From: Trypanosoma brucei
Taxonomy: Eukaryota
DNA length: 64,000 nt
Assembly (NCBI GenBank): GCA_000002445.1
Contig: AE017150.2
Location: forward strand, 1,129,949 to 1,193,948
Direction of reading: 5' to 3'
Part shown: one piece after another, positions 26,202-37,957 of the stretch
Numbering within the stretch: position 1 is the stretch's first letter
Layout of the letters: each line of letters begins with the position of its first letter
The notes under the pieces: model-generated
What the model saw: only the letters and a program-made list of their open reading frames with translations
The model's database searches: none
Told to the model about the DNA's origin: nothing
Position numbers and translations under genes: made by a program

Positions 26202-27179
26202 GTGTGTAATTTAGAAACCATGACACGCGCCTCGCTTCCCGTTATTGATGTTTCGCCGCTATTTGGTGGCGAATCCGCAGAAAAGGAAAGGGTCTCCAAG
26301 CAGATTGATAATGCATGCAGGACATGGGGCTTCTTCTACATTGTGGGACATCCGATTCAGCAGGAGCAGATTGACAAAGTACTTAAGTTAGCTGATACTT
26401 TTTTCTCTCTTCCTATGGAGGAGAAGCTCAAATTGGACGTTCGCAAGGGTAGACTTTATCGTGGTTACACTGCCCCTGGAGTAGAGGAAGCTGATGTAGG
26501 GAAGGTTTACACGTACGAGACCTTTACGACGGGATACCATCTTCCTAAGCACCATCCAGACGTCATGGCAGGCAAACCGCTCCGAGGACCGAATATCCAC
26601 CCCACTCAAGTGAGGGGATGGATGGAGGGTATGGAAGGTCATTACCGCGATATGTGGGCACTTGCGCTTGTCCTCCTGCGCGCTATGGCGCAAGCTATCG
26701 GTTTGCAGGAAGATTTCTTCGACTCCAAGTTTATGGATCCCCTTTGTGAATTGAATATAAAGCACTACGTTCCCTTATCTCAAACGAAAGAAGAAACTAC
26801 TTTGCTCATTGAGCACAGCGATTTCGGTGTTATGACGTTACTCTATCAAGACGCTTCAGGTGGCTTGCAAGTACGTGATAGTTCCGGAGAGCTGATGGAT
26901 GTGCCACCTGTTGAAGGAAGTTTTGTTGTCAACCTTGGAGACATGATGGAGATGTGGACCAATGGCCAATACCGTTCCACAAAGCATCGTGTGGTAGCCA
27001 CAGGCAAGGAACGGTACTCCATGCCTTTCTTTTGCAATCCCAATCCGAATGTCATCGTCAAGTGCCTCGACAACTGTCACTCGGAAGAGAATCCACCAAG
27101 GTACCCTCCAGTGCGGGCTGTTGATTGGATTTTGAAGCGGTTCGCGGAGGCATATGGGAAAGATTACTCAAAAATGTAG
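26202..27179 (+). CDS. 2OG/Fe(II) dioxygenase, copy 3, 325 aa. It carries V227 and I312, plus a unique D271G (gac to ggc at 27003-27005).
   Basis: Same ORF as 5133-6110. The substitution pattern is a mosaic of copies 1 and 2. Confidence 0.9.
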   Translation: MCNLETMTRASLPVIDVSPLFGGESAEKERVSKQIDNACRTWGFFYIVGHPIQQEQIDKVLKLADTFFSLPMEEKLKLDVRKGRLYRGYTAPGVEEADVGKVYTYETFTTGYHLPKHHPDVMAGKPLRGPNIHPTQVRGWMEGMEGHYRDMWALALVLLRAMAQAIGLQEDFFDSKFMDPLCELNIKHYVPLSQTKEETTLLIEHSDFGVMTLLYQDASGGLQVRDSSGELMDVPPVEGSFVVNLGDMMEMWTNGQYRSTKHRVVATGKERYSMPFFCNPNPNVIVKCLDNCHSEENPPRYPPVRAVDWILKRFAEAYGKDYSKM

Positions 27180-29571
27180 GAGTGGTTCCTAGTTTGCATT
27201 TCTTTTAGCATTTGCTTTATCAAGAATGGTATCAGGCCCTGCAATTAGTAGTTGTTTTTCAGATATGAATGATTTACATATGCGTAGTATCTGTCGTAAT
27301 GCAAAAAGTTCTGTGATTTAAAATGTGGGTGAAGACAGTACGGTAACGTATCTAGTCAGAATGAATATATTTCACTTACTCTTTATTTTCAATGTAGGGA
27401 ATTGTTAAAGGGGTAATAATATTTCTTTCACCTTTCCTCTTCCTTTTTTTTAATTGACATCTTTGTAATGAATGCTGTAAGTCCATCTTTTCTCATACTT
27501 TGATATCTTCATCTATTTCCTTATTACATTGAATAATGCATTAACATCTTCATTGCGATGACAACTGAAGTATTCTGACAAGCAATAGGTGTATGCTATT
27601 GTATGTTAGTTTATGCTGCAACAGAGTTCTCCTTGGAAATGCTTGTCTTTTTTTTTCACTTTGAGGGGGTTCTACAATTGTCTTTCCCCATTCTATTCTA
27701 AGGGTTAATTACGCATTAGAAATGCTACCAGTCACTTCAGAGGTATTCCTTCTTACACAAGTATTATTTTGATGCGATCTCATGCAAGGAGAATGGAGGT
27801 AAATGGAGAATGAAACAACTCACATTCTCCACCCACCCAATGGAGAGCATACGTTTTACCATGGAAGTCGCGCTTGAAGTATCTCCCCAAGTAGAGCAAA
27901 CTAATGAGGAATTAGCACCTAAGGGCTGCGTTGTTAAATATTTTGAAAGAGTGGGGGTTCGTACGTGAAGGATAAGGGATTTTGAGGGTGCTTACTCTTA
28001 TTGTGTTTTTAATTTTTTTTTTGAAAAGGGGGGTGGTGGCCAATTTTATTATGTCACCCGACGAATGGAATTGCTTTGTACCACGCTGTTTGTGTTTGTT
28101 ACATATATTGGTAAGGAATAATGTTTTTTATGTGAATTTCAATGCGTTTGATGTTTTTTGCCACCGCACTTATGTTGAGTCTGTGCAATTTCTTTTCCCT
28201 CCATGCTGAACATACCATTCTCTATTATTTTCTTATCTTTCATTGTTTCAGCTTTTCAGGGGAAACACATGCATACCCACGAGATGGAATACACTAAACG
28301 ACACGTAACACTGTGGGAGAATGTTATAAATGCATGCAGTCCAATACTTGAGAAATGTGTATTTTCTACACCTTAACATCAATTTTTTTTTTTGTAAAGG
28401 ACAAACTCACTGAGTGTTTAGTGACTGCGCTTCTTCAAACTTTTCTCCCTCAAGGCGTATTATGCAGTTGCAGAGAGTCATCTGTTTTCTGCTCCTTCTC
28501 CGCTTGCTAATGATTTGTGTTTATGCGTGTTGCTTCCTTTTTTATATTGTAAGTAATAGAAGACAAAAAAGGGGATATTACATATTACATATTTTATTTT
28601 GTATGTTAGCATGGTTGCATAATTTATTCTGCTGTAGAGGCGTGTGTTATGGATTGTAGTATTTGGAGAAGTTGTTCGACTTAAAGTTATAAAAGCTAAC
28701 CCTGTGTGTGATGGATTGTTAATTTATATAAACTTGTTTAACTTTACATTAGAATATAAATTTATTTATTGTCATTTAAATAGTTCACCAATATGAGAAA
28801 ACTAAATGAACACGTATATGCACGTATATGTATATTTATATTTGCATATTTGTTGTTTATGTATATTATATCTGAGTAATGTTGGTAAGGTAAGAAAACG
28901 GCTGTGTAATAAATCATTTTTATTTGGTATGCTTTGAGTGCGCGCGCGTGGGTTCATTAGTTCTATTATTAGAAAAGGAAACTGCAATAATTGTTTCATT
29001 TTTAAAAGTTCTTCATGACTCTTGTTTTTAAGTTTAGCATTTTGCTATTACTCAAATCATGTGAATTAAGGGAGGACTCATATCAGTATCATATGATGAT
29101 ATTTGAAACAATTTAGAGACGCCTGATATTACTCAATACTCTAACTCTTTTTTTTTCCTTTCATATCCATTGCATTTATATTGTGATATGATAAGTTGAT
29201 TTGTGTTAGCATTCAAATGCAGCATTGTTATTATTAATATTAACTTCCTTAAAGGAAATTAATTCGAAAGGAATGTTATTGTAAAAGGATTCAAATTGCA
29301 AGTAGTTATTCAGATAATGTTAATAATTTATACACAATTTTATATTTATTGTAGTTGTAGTAGTGTGCGTATTTAAACAAAGGTACCACTAATTTTGTAA
29401 TTACTAAAAAGTTATAATGACACAATTCTATTTCTTGATAATTTGAGTCCCTGAATTTGTTTTTCCCTTCATATTTTTCACTTTGCTTTTCTTTTCTTTC
29501 ATTTCATATATGTTTTTCTTTTTGTTATATAGACAAGCTTATTATATCACTATTTCAAGTAATTCAAAAAG

Positions 29572-30960
29572 ATGGCAATGCTTGGTTTCGAGTCGACAGC
29601 TGAATTTTTTGTCTATCTCACCTTCATCTTTTTTGGGATGTCGGTGATGAATGTGACGAATGCCATTTACTCCAATTATAATTTTTTTTCAGAGTATTAT
29701 AAGTTTGTTAAAAAGCAGGAAAAAGCCGAACCTGAGAATGAATCGTTCTGGAAGCACATGTTCACGTATTATAATGTTGTTGTGTTTACGATGCAAGTGG
29801 TTTTGGAGGCTTTTATGCTAACACCATTGGGCCGACGCATTCCTATTAGTTGGCGTCTCATCTTTGGACTCACTATTCCCATGGTAGAAATCATCGTTAT
29901 TTTAGTGATCCCTGCTGTTGGAGGAAGTGAAAATGGTGCAATTGCAACTATGATGATGGTTGCTTTTGTTGGTGGTATTTCCAAAACACTTTGTGACTCC
30001 AGCAATGCTGCACTTGCGGGACCTTTTCCGACTAAATTCTATGGTGCCATCGTGTGGGGACTTGCCATATCCGGACTGATGACCTCATTTTTGGCTATTG
30101 TTATACAAGCATCGATGGACAGCAGTTTTACAAGTAAAAATACCCAATCCCAAATATACTTTGGATTAGTCATGCTTCTTCAGGTGGTTGCATGCGTGCT
30201 TCTTGTCCTTCTGAGGAAAAACCCATATGCCATTAAATATGCTGCAGAATTTAGGTATGCTGCGAGGAAGGATGGAGTAACTGGTGATCGCGCAGATGGT
30301 GAATTTGATGCAAAGGGAACAGGGCCAGCAGACGAGAATAGATATCCTGATGAAAAAGAGAATAAGAATGTATTGAATGCTGATATTGATCCAGATGATA
30401 TGAGGGATACAGATCAGGTTGAAGGCACTACCAACGCTCAGCAAATGCTTGATGCGAGTGTTATGGTTGTGGTGAAACGCATTTGGCCTATGTTGGTCGC
30501 TTGCTTCTTTGTGTTCTTTGCGACACTTCTGGTGTTCCCTGGTGTATTTATAGCGGCGAAGACAGGCGATACTAGTGGTTGGTACTTTACTGTTGTCGTT
30601 GCCATGTTCAACTTGGGTGATTTCTTGTCTCGTCTGGTGCTGCAGTTCAAGCAATTGCATGTGTCTCCGCGCATGGTTATGATTGGTTCATTTGCACGTG
30701 CGTTGCTGATAATTCCACTTTCGCTATGTGCTGCAGGAACCGTTACCGGTGTATGGCTTCCTTATATTGTTTCTCTCCTTTGGGGTCTTACGAATGGTTA
30801 CTTTGGTGGCCTTTCAATGATCTATGGACCACGTACGGGATCCCTCACCACAGCGGGTCAACGCTCTCTTGCTGCTATTTGCATTAATGTGGCTCTTCTT
30901 ATGGGACTTTTTGTTGGTGCTATGTTTGCATTGGCTGTTAAGGAGGGACTTCCTAAATAA
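29572..30960 (+). CDS. ENT nucleoside transporter, paralog 3, 462 aa. This is the most divergent copy, with a different large loop: RKDGVTGDRADGEFDAKGTGPADENRYPDE.
   Basis: It shares the N-terminus and the TM framework. Its extracellular loop 1 (YSNYNFFSEYYKFVKKQEKAEPENESF) is distinct, as is the TM7-8 region (AAKTGDTSGWYFT). Its 3' flank diverges from that of the other units. Confidence 0.9.
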   Translation: MAMLGFESTAEFFVYLTFIFFGMSVMNVTNAIYSNYNFFSEYYKFVKKQEKAEPENESFWKHMFTYYNVVVFTMQVVLEAFMLTPLGRRIPISWRLIFGLTIPMVEIIVILVIPAVGGSENGAIATMMMVAFVGGISKTLCDSSNAALAGPFPTKFYGAIVWGLAISGLMTSFLAIVIQASMDSSFTSKNTQSQIYFGLVMLLQVVACVLLVLLRKNPYAIKYAAEFRYAARKDGVTGDRADGEFDAKGTGPADENRYPDEKENKNVLNADIDPDDMRDTDQVEGTTNAQQMLDASVMVVVKRIWPMLVACFFVFFATLLVFPGVFIAAKTGDTSGWYFTVVVAMFNLGDFLSRLVLQFKQLHVSPRMVMIGSFARALLIIPLSLCAAGTVTGVWLPYIVSLLWGLTNGYFGGLSMIYGPRTGSLTTAGQRSLAAICINVALLMGLFVGAMFALAVKEGLPK

Positions 30961-31030
30961 ATGCTCAAAAATTGTAAATAAACCATTTAATGTCGATCTT
31001 TTAATAAAATGAAAAATGAACCCCATGCTG

Positions 31031-31880
31031 GTATCAGCTAGGAGTGGTTTGAATAATGCAACAAATAAGGGTTTGAAGAGAAGATATATAAGTTAAAAAA
31101 TAAGGAGAAATGCCAGATAATGAATTAGATGACATGTAAAAGGAAGCAAGCGTATGCGTGTACAATTTAAGCTGTTTGGAGGGGGGACTGTAGTAAACGT
31201 GTATATACGTGTATGATTATCTTTTGTCTTTCGCACAGTGTTTCCAGACATAAATTCTCCGTCTTCTGGGGAATTCTGTGAAGGAAGAAAAATGACGGTT
31301 TGTTGGAGTTGTGTAGTTATTATTATTAAACTTTCATCATGTTTTCATTGACTCCCTACAAATAACATAATTTGCTTCAACAATTTGTTTAGCTTTTGTA
31401 ATTTTAAAAGAAGGAAATGATGATGCATTTCCATTCATTGATTTAAATTTAATTTTTGTTCCATCTTGAACTAATTTCCTCTTTTTAAAAAACAAAAATC
31501 AGCAAAGAGATGAGAATAAAATATACAAAAGGTAGAAAGCTGAATGAACTACAAAAAAAATATTAAATAAAACACATATACATATTTATAATATGTGTTC
31601 TTTCTGCACAAAAAAAATTGTATTAGTTACAATAATAAAAATAGTGAAGCCAGCAGGAAGTGATAATTACAATTTTCAACTCATCCCCTCTTGCCTATCT
31701 CACTATTCCCTTTCTTTTTCAGAGAAAATAACTAAAAAAGTAAGTAAACAAGAGAGAGGATAGTAATAAATAAAATGAAATCAACAATACAATATTTTAA
31801 GGGAAAATTTGATTTTACTTTTTCTTTACTTTTCACTGTTTCTGTTTCTTGATTACTTTTACTTCCTTTCATTTCTTTCT
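31031..31880 (+). other. A unique ~850 bp AT-rich segment downstream of transporter paralog 3. It replaces the ~435 bp found at the equivalent position in units A and B (10040-10475); the unit C equivalent is ~20580-21015.
   Basis: After the conserved motif at 31023-31050 the sequence has no counterpart in the other units. Homology resumes at ~31880 (ttattcccatgaccgtgctatggtgttacgg, matching 10475 and 21014). The segment is probably the paralog-specific 3'UTR. Confidence 0.7.
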
Positions 31881-34800
31881 TTTTATTCCCATGACCGTGC
31901 TATGGTGTTACGGATATGTGTGTAAGTGAGGAGTGTTGTGTGGATTTGCTTCTATTATTGTTTACTTGCCTTTGGTTGTATACCACACACCTGCTTATGT
32001 TTTCCCATATGTGTACGCCTGTAGATAACAGTGTGGGAGTTTACTCCGTGACGTTTTCTCATAAATGTCTAGAGGCAAATGATTAAAGTAATTTTTTTGT
32101 TTAATGTATATCTGTATATGTTTGTCTGTTTATGTGTATGTGTGTTTGTGTGTACGTATTTGACATGTTCAGCAATATGTTTAGATTATCCAATTATATC
32201 TTTTCTTTTCTATTTTCTTATATTGTTTACTTGTCACTGTTTTACTTTCAGGAAGGTATATAAATTAAGCTGAAGCAACGTTATGTTCATTTGTGTATTA
32301 GACACATGAGTTTATTTCCAAGCAGATGATATATGCGTGAACGCGTGTGTTTAACTTTATAATGTCTTATACTAAAGATGTATCCAAATATTGCCATGCT
32401 AATACCTTGTGAGGCTTATTGTACTTTTGTGTTGTGAAATAGTCAAGTAGTTGCTGTGTAACTTTTGTGTTATTTTTTAGATAATGTGTGTTTTCTTAGT
32501 CTAATATCTTTAATAAATGATTTGACAGCTGCTTGCATGTGAGGGTTTCATTCCTCTTCTTTGCTTAAAAATGTGCAGAGACTGGAATCCTTTATATAAA
32601 TGAAGTGAAATGCATAACTTATAAATTGCATTTCCACTTTCACATATTGTAATATTATTGAGTATCAAAAGGGAAATGATGAATCATGTAATAGGAAGTC
32701 ATTCACAACATGGTAATAGAGCAATTCATCTTCGAAGCTATCACGGAACAAGCTTTTTATTGTAATGCTTATTTGTGGAATAGCTCATGCTTTATGAATG
32801 CTTGAGGATGGAGCGTTGTAACATTTTTAAAAGTAATATAAGTAAACTAGCAACCAAATTATCGTTTTTGTTTCTTCCTTCATAATCACTATAAGCTAAG
32901 CTATTAGTCTATTAGCAATAATTAATATGACTACTAGTAGGGCAAAAGATGAGAAATAAGAAATTAATTTATAGGAATGATTTGATAGTTTGAAGGGTGT
33001 GTAATTATCATGTCTCTTATACTAATGACGGATTATGCTAGAGAGAATGTGATTTGTGAGGTATTTGTGATTCTCTGAAGTGATACAGCGGTGCATGGGA
33101 ACTCGTCGTAAGGATAAAAAAAATAAATAATGTGCGGTATGTAATTTTTAAACCTCACATTGATGAGGTTGTGAGGCATAAAATAACTCTTGCCATTTTC
33201 CCAACGTGGCCAACAGTCCAAGAACTAGTGTAGTACTGCAGTAATGATACAGTGATGTTAAATTGAAAGCGAAAAATAAATATGAATGGCGTAAAAAGGG
33301 GGAAGGAAGTAGTGATGGTGGCGTAATCGATTGTTACTGTGTTTCATGACAAATTCTCTACATTCAATGATTCTAGAGGAAACAAGTACGTACCATAGCA
33401 GTGGTTACTGTGTTTCCATAAGGAGTAAGTTATATTTACTGGAAAATGTGGTATTAAGAAATGTTATATGTGAGTAGCAATATACCTCAACACAGAGATG
33501 TACGCTCATGTAATCACTACACACAAAAAAGTTCTGAAAGTTTTGAACGCGTTGAGCGGATTGATACGTCTCTCCAACCTTGAGTTGAAATGCGCAACCC
33601 TTGAGTGTTGAGTTGGGATACATATTTTTAGATGTCACTAGAGCTTGATGTGTGGAATGAAACTCTAGAGCTCATGCATATGGCTAATGCTTACCGTGGG
33701 CAAAACTTGTCGATGTTGGTACGATGATATGCGATTTGTTGGCAGTGATAGCTTTCAGCGGATTGTATGGTAGGTGGTGTTTTTTTTTCTGCCACAGGCG
33801 GCAATGGCAGTGTTGACTAATTTTTGAATTACTCAGAAGGGAAATTTCTCTGTTTAAGTGATGATCATGTTGAATCGTTGATAAAATCAACGGAATTATC
33901 CATAAGTTAGTTTTAATTGGAGGAAAATGAAATAGGAGAACTGCCCACGTTGATGTGTTGCGGACAAAGAAAAGTGAGTGGTATGCATATTTTAGAACCC
34001 AGTATTTTTCTTTCTCATCTGATGTGCTTCCCTAATGTTTGGATCTGAGGAATACCTAATGATGATTAATGCGGTTAGAGTTAGGGCATTCTTTTGTGAT
34101 GCTGAATATTGTATCTATTGATAACAACAATCGATACGCCATACTCAAACATAAATGAATTCTCACACATAAACGCTGCTTCTGGTATCGCCAACCGTTA
34201 TGTTCAATAGCTCGTTACGTGGAGCATGAGTGGATGTGACAGTGAATGTTCCTTCATCAAAGACAGCTGCGTGATGCTTAACTCAGAATATGTCAATGGT
34301 ATCGTATTATAGCCAAGTTTAAGTTTAATAATAATAGTGATGTGTGTGGGAAAAGTGAGATTGTACCATTGCAGTGGGTGAACCGTTTCGTTTGGGACGT
34401 ATTGCATTCTGCTGTGTGATTAAGCGCCGAGTTTTTCTGCAAATATACGTATGATATTTAGTTGCTGTCGACCCGCCGAATCGGTGTGTGGTTAGTGTAA
34501 AGCATTATGCGAACATAGGTTAGTAATGCACAGTGTTTAGAAGGCGAATGTGCCATTCAAGTAACCTTGATTTATACGTAACGTTTCTTACCTTTTTGTG
34601 GTGTTTCACTGTGATCATTCCGAGCGATGTAGTTTATGCTGTTAATGTCACTCAAAGCAATCTGATATTTTTTATGATTGTCACTGCAGCATCTCTTTCT
34701 ATAAGTTTCTTTACTTTTTTTTAAAAAAGGCATCATTATAAAGCTTGAAAAAGATGTCATAGCTCTTTAACCCTTTACACCCTCTCAAAATATGCCATGA

Positions 34801-36499
34801 AAAATGTAAAACTTGCCAGTTGTTTTCACGGTTGCGGCTCTGTAAGAAAGTGAATATTTCACACTTTGGAGAGCTAATTTTGCTACGAAGTGGTTAAGGC
34901 CACCTATTCGCAGTGGCAGCCCTTGAGGTGAAAACCACATATACTAACGTATCGACAGCAGTAATGAGGACATGTGTCAGCATGGGACGTATGTTTCACT
35001 ACAGTGTCACAGAGGTTTTAAAGCACAGTGGGCACGGGAGGTGAATTAGTTGTAGATCTCTTTGTGCCTTAACCTTTCGTGCTATTCTTTTTTTTCTCTC
35101 TGGAACTGATACAGTCTGGGGAGGCAGTGTGCTCAAGCTTTGCTAAGTTTTTGGAAGCAGGACTCACGACCCATCCCCCACTGTGTAATGTATGATGACC
35201 AGATTTGTTCTGAGGGAGCGTCAAACCAATCGTGTACGATGGGCGTGTAGAACAGGAAGTAAAGGAAGGTGTGTTATTATATGCAAATGCAGATGAAATA
35301 CTGCTCACAACACCTAAAGAAAGCAAAGTCACTCCTGACGGTTTTGATCATTTTATCAGTGTATCACAATCTAATCACCTTTGCTGCTGTAGAAGGCTCA
35401 TTGCATAGTTGTGTGTATTTTGCTTTCAGAGCTTGAGACAACCAGTCACTTACCGACCACTGTGGAGAGTGATCACGATGATGTCGTCGGCTTTCCTGTA
35501 TGGAAGGAAGTATCATTTTGCTCTTCTGCTCGCGTAATTGTGTTCCTTTGTGTATCCGTGGAGTAGCGTTGTTATTGAAAAGAGGGATGATGAGTAGAAT
35601 GGCGACTCAACACTTTTTCTTGTACTGAAGAAATACCAAGAGTTTTTTTCAGCAGGACAGACCTGCGGTGGCCATGTGGTTTAGATACCTCAGGGACAAC
35701 TTCCATATTGCACAAGGAGAACTTCTGCGTCTTGAGGTGGCATGGCGCATGCTAGTGTTGGGATATCTGTACATTGGAATAGCAAGGTCTTCCAGGGAAG
35801 GAAGAGGGATACATAAGCCAGTGAAGGGCTGCACAGGTGCTGTGTCAGGTGTGAAGGTGATAGATGGCTCTAAGGAAGTGTCAGATGTGATTATACTCGG
35901 CAAGAGGTTGCTGCTCAAGGTTTTGATTATATACTTCCCGAGACGATCAAATGTCGCGTAACTTACGTTGGAAGAAAGTTTAGGGGGAGCAATGGGATGA
36001 GGGAAGTCCCCACTGGATTGTTTGGTCGGATATACAACATGATAAGTGGAAGGTTTGTTGAAGAAGAACGCAGGTACACCACATCCAATAGGTGAGAAGG
36101 CAGTAATGGCCGTCTGAATGGTGTAGGTGTTGATTCCACAAATGATTACCTCTCTGATAAATTTGAGATATAGGAAAGTATAAGGTGAATTATATCTAGC
36201 TGCGTTGAGGAATGCCAATATGAGTATTGTTTTGTAGTTACTTCAATTTTTCAAGTGATCGCGAAAAAAAATTTTGTTCTTGCTGTTGATGTTATTTTTG
36301 GGGCAACTACCATCTACTGGAGAACCCTTATATTTAATGTTTTACCTACAAATAACAAACTAAGATGTAACAATCATCAACAAGGAAGTTGAGGTCACAA
36401 AGACACAGCACTATGGAGAAGGGCGAAGATGGGGATGCAAGGTTAATGGGCTACGTGAGGAGTTTTTAGAGCACCCGTGGCAGCAGCTGTGCGTGTGTT

Positions 36500-37957
36500 G
36501 TGATGTTGTCGACGTGCCGCAAGTCGAAGGCAGTAACGGAGCCATTTTCTAACAAAGTCATAAACCTCTGTACAGAGGCCAAGTACACAGCCCATCTGGC
36601 AAATCACATCGTAGTGGAGGCAGAAAAGCGGGAGCGCGAAATATCCACCATACAAATTTATGCAGAGGCATGGGATCTTGTTGCCGCAGCTAAAAACCAA
36701 ACAGAGAAAGGGGCCACGACATACGCCCTTGCCACATACATTTCCAACGTAGCGGCGACAGCAAGGTGGGTCCGCAATTGGAAACACAAAGCAGCAGGGG
36801 CAACTGCGAAGTTGCTGTACAGGAGATCAGCGCTAACGTAGACGTTACAAGCGATGCGAGTAAAGGGACAGTCAGGAGCGGGACAAGTAACTAAACAACA
36901 AGGCGTCATCTCATCATGTTCACACAAGGAAACGCCGACTTTAAGCGACGAAGGGGATTGCGGGCGACAAGGCAGTGATGCTAACCATCCAGAATCAATT
37001 GCCGTAAATTTAAGGACAGCTACACACATCAAACTGGTACATGGCAGAAAACTAAGACCTCTGGCGTTAGAGCACTCAGTTGACGTACAAGGAATGGCGG
37101 TGGTGAAAACGGAAGTGCAAGCCGATGGCTGCAAGGCCGTATCAGTCAGTGGATATTATGCCAAATTCGTAGCATCAACGAAAGAAAATGACAGTAGCAG
37201 CACCGTAGCACCGATAAATATATTTGATGGCAACAATTCGAGTACAAGTTGCGTCGAACTAAAAGACGCCACGAAGAAATCAGAGAAGGATAACGACCTG
37301 CTGATAAACAAAATATGCAACTACATGAAAAAACCTGATCCTCAGATCATAAACATATCCACTATAACGCCTGCCATGTTAGCAAACACAACTGCAGTCC
37401 GAGTGGCGTTCAGAAGCTTCATTCATGCAGCAACCGGTAAAGCACCTAGCGACGGCGAAATCGAGTTTCAACTAAGAAACCTTTACGGATGGGACAAGCA
37501 ACACTTCACAAGAGACTTCATAACAATTCTGAAGACAAAGAACGTGACGTACCACACTGACTCAGGATTCGTAACTGAGACATTTCTTGATGCAGCTAAA
37601 AACGAAAACGCACACAAGGTGCTCATCTATCTAAAAAGTCAAAGAGCGACAACACAGGCAAAGCAACCAAAGACAGACGAGAGCGAAATCAAAGGCCCGG
37701 TCTGCGGAGGTGAGGGCCAAGAGGAGTGCAAGTCAGGTGCAAGGAAAGACCCGGAGAAACCGAACGAAACTTAAATGCGGAAATGGCCTAAAGCACTTCA
37801 GTGGATGATGGCACAACAAGGAGAAAATTCCAAAGGAATACAGCAGGAAGGTTGTAAAGACGACTGCGCATCGGAAGAGGAAACTTGTGACGGCGCAGCT
37901 GGCATTTCTGCTTTGATGAGTATTTCTCTGTTCATGGCATTTTTTCTTCTAGCATAA
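36500..37957 (+). pseudogene. VSG-like or VSG-related pseudogene, N-terminally truncated and frame-interrupted. It has a hydrophobic GPI-signal-like C-terminus.
   Basis: Three collinear + strand ORFs (36500-36841, 36854-37774, 37775-37957) are separated by stops. The first has VSG N-domain-like helical A/K-rich sequence (CTEAKYTAHLANH...AAAKNQTEKGATTYALATYISNVAATA). The second has a Cys-rich, charged stretch (GPVCGGEGQEECKSGARKDPEKPNET). The third ends in CDGAAGISALMSISLFMAFFLLA, which resembles a GPI-addition signal. There is no signal peptide and no 16-mer in the 3' flank. Confidence 0.5.

Larger units (their letters stand above)
1..36113 (+). repeat. Tandem array of a ~10.5 kb two-gene cassette (dioxygenase + ENT nucleoside transporter). 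Unit A runs from before the window to ~10060 and is the most diverged. Unit B is ~10061-20600 and unit C ~20601-31030. Unit D is partial, ~31880-36113, with no genes.
   Basis: The dioxygenase ORF starts at 5133, 15657 and 26202, giving periods of 10524 and 10545. The transporter ORF starts at 8504, 19026 and 29572. Small ORFs recur at the same unit offsets, e.g. 11624/22163/33033 and 14243/24785/35649. Units B, C and D are near-identical in non-coding sequence, while unit A carries many substitutions and indels. Homology stops abruptly at ~36113. Confidence 0.97.

Noticed and set aside
1-36113. A regularly spaced repeated architecture that could superficially suggest a CRISPR-like or prokaryotic tandem array.
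   Set aside because: The repeat unit is 10.5 kb and contains eukaryotic, trypanosome-type genes with polypyrimidine/AG trans-splicing signals. It is a segmental gene array, not a CRISPR locus.
36443-37134. The - strand ORFs (114 and 158 aa) overlapping the + strand VSG-like pseudogene.
   Set aside because: They are antisense artefacts in a GC-rich segment with Cys-rich, low-complexity translation.
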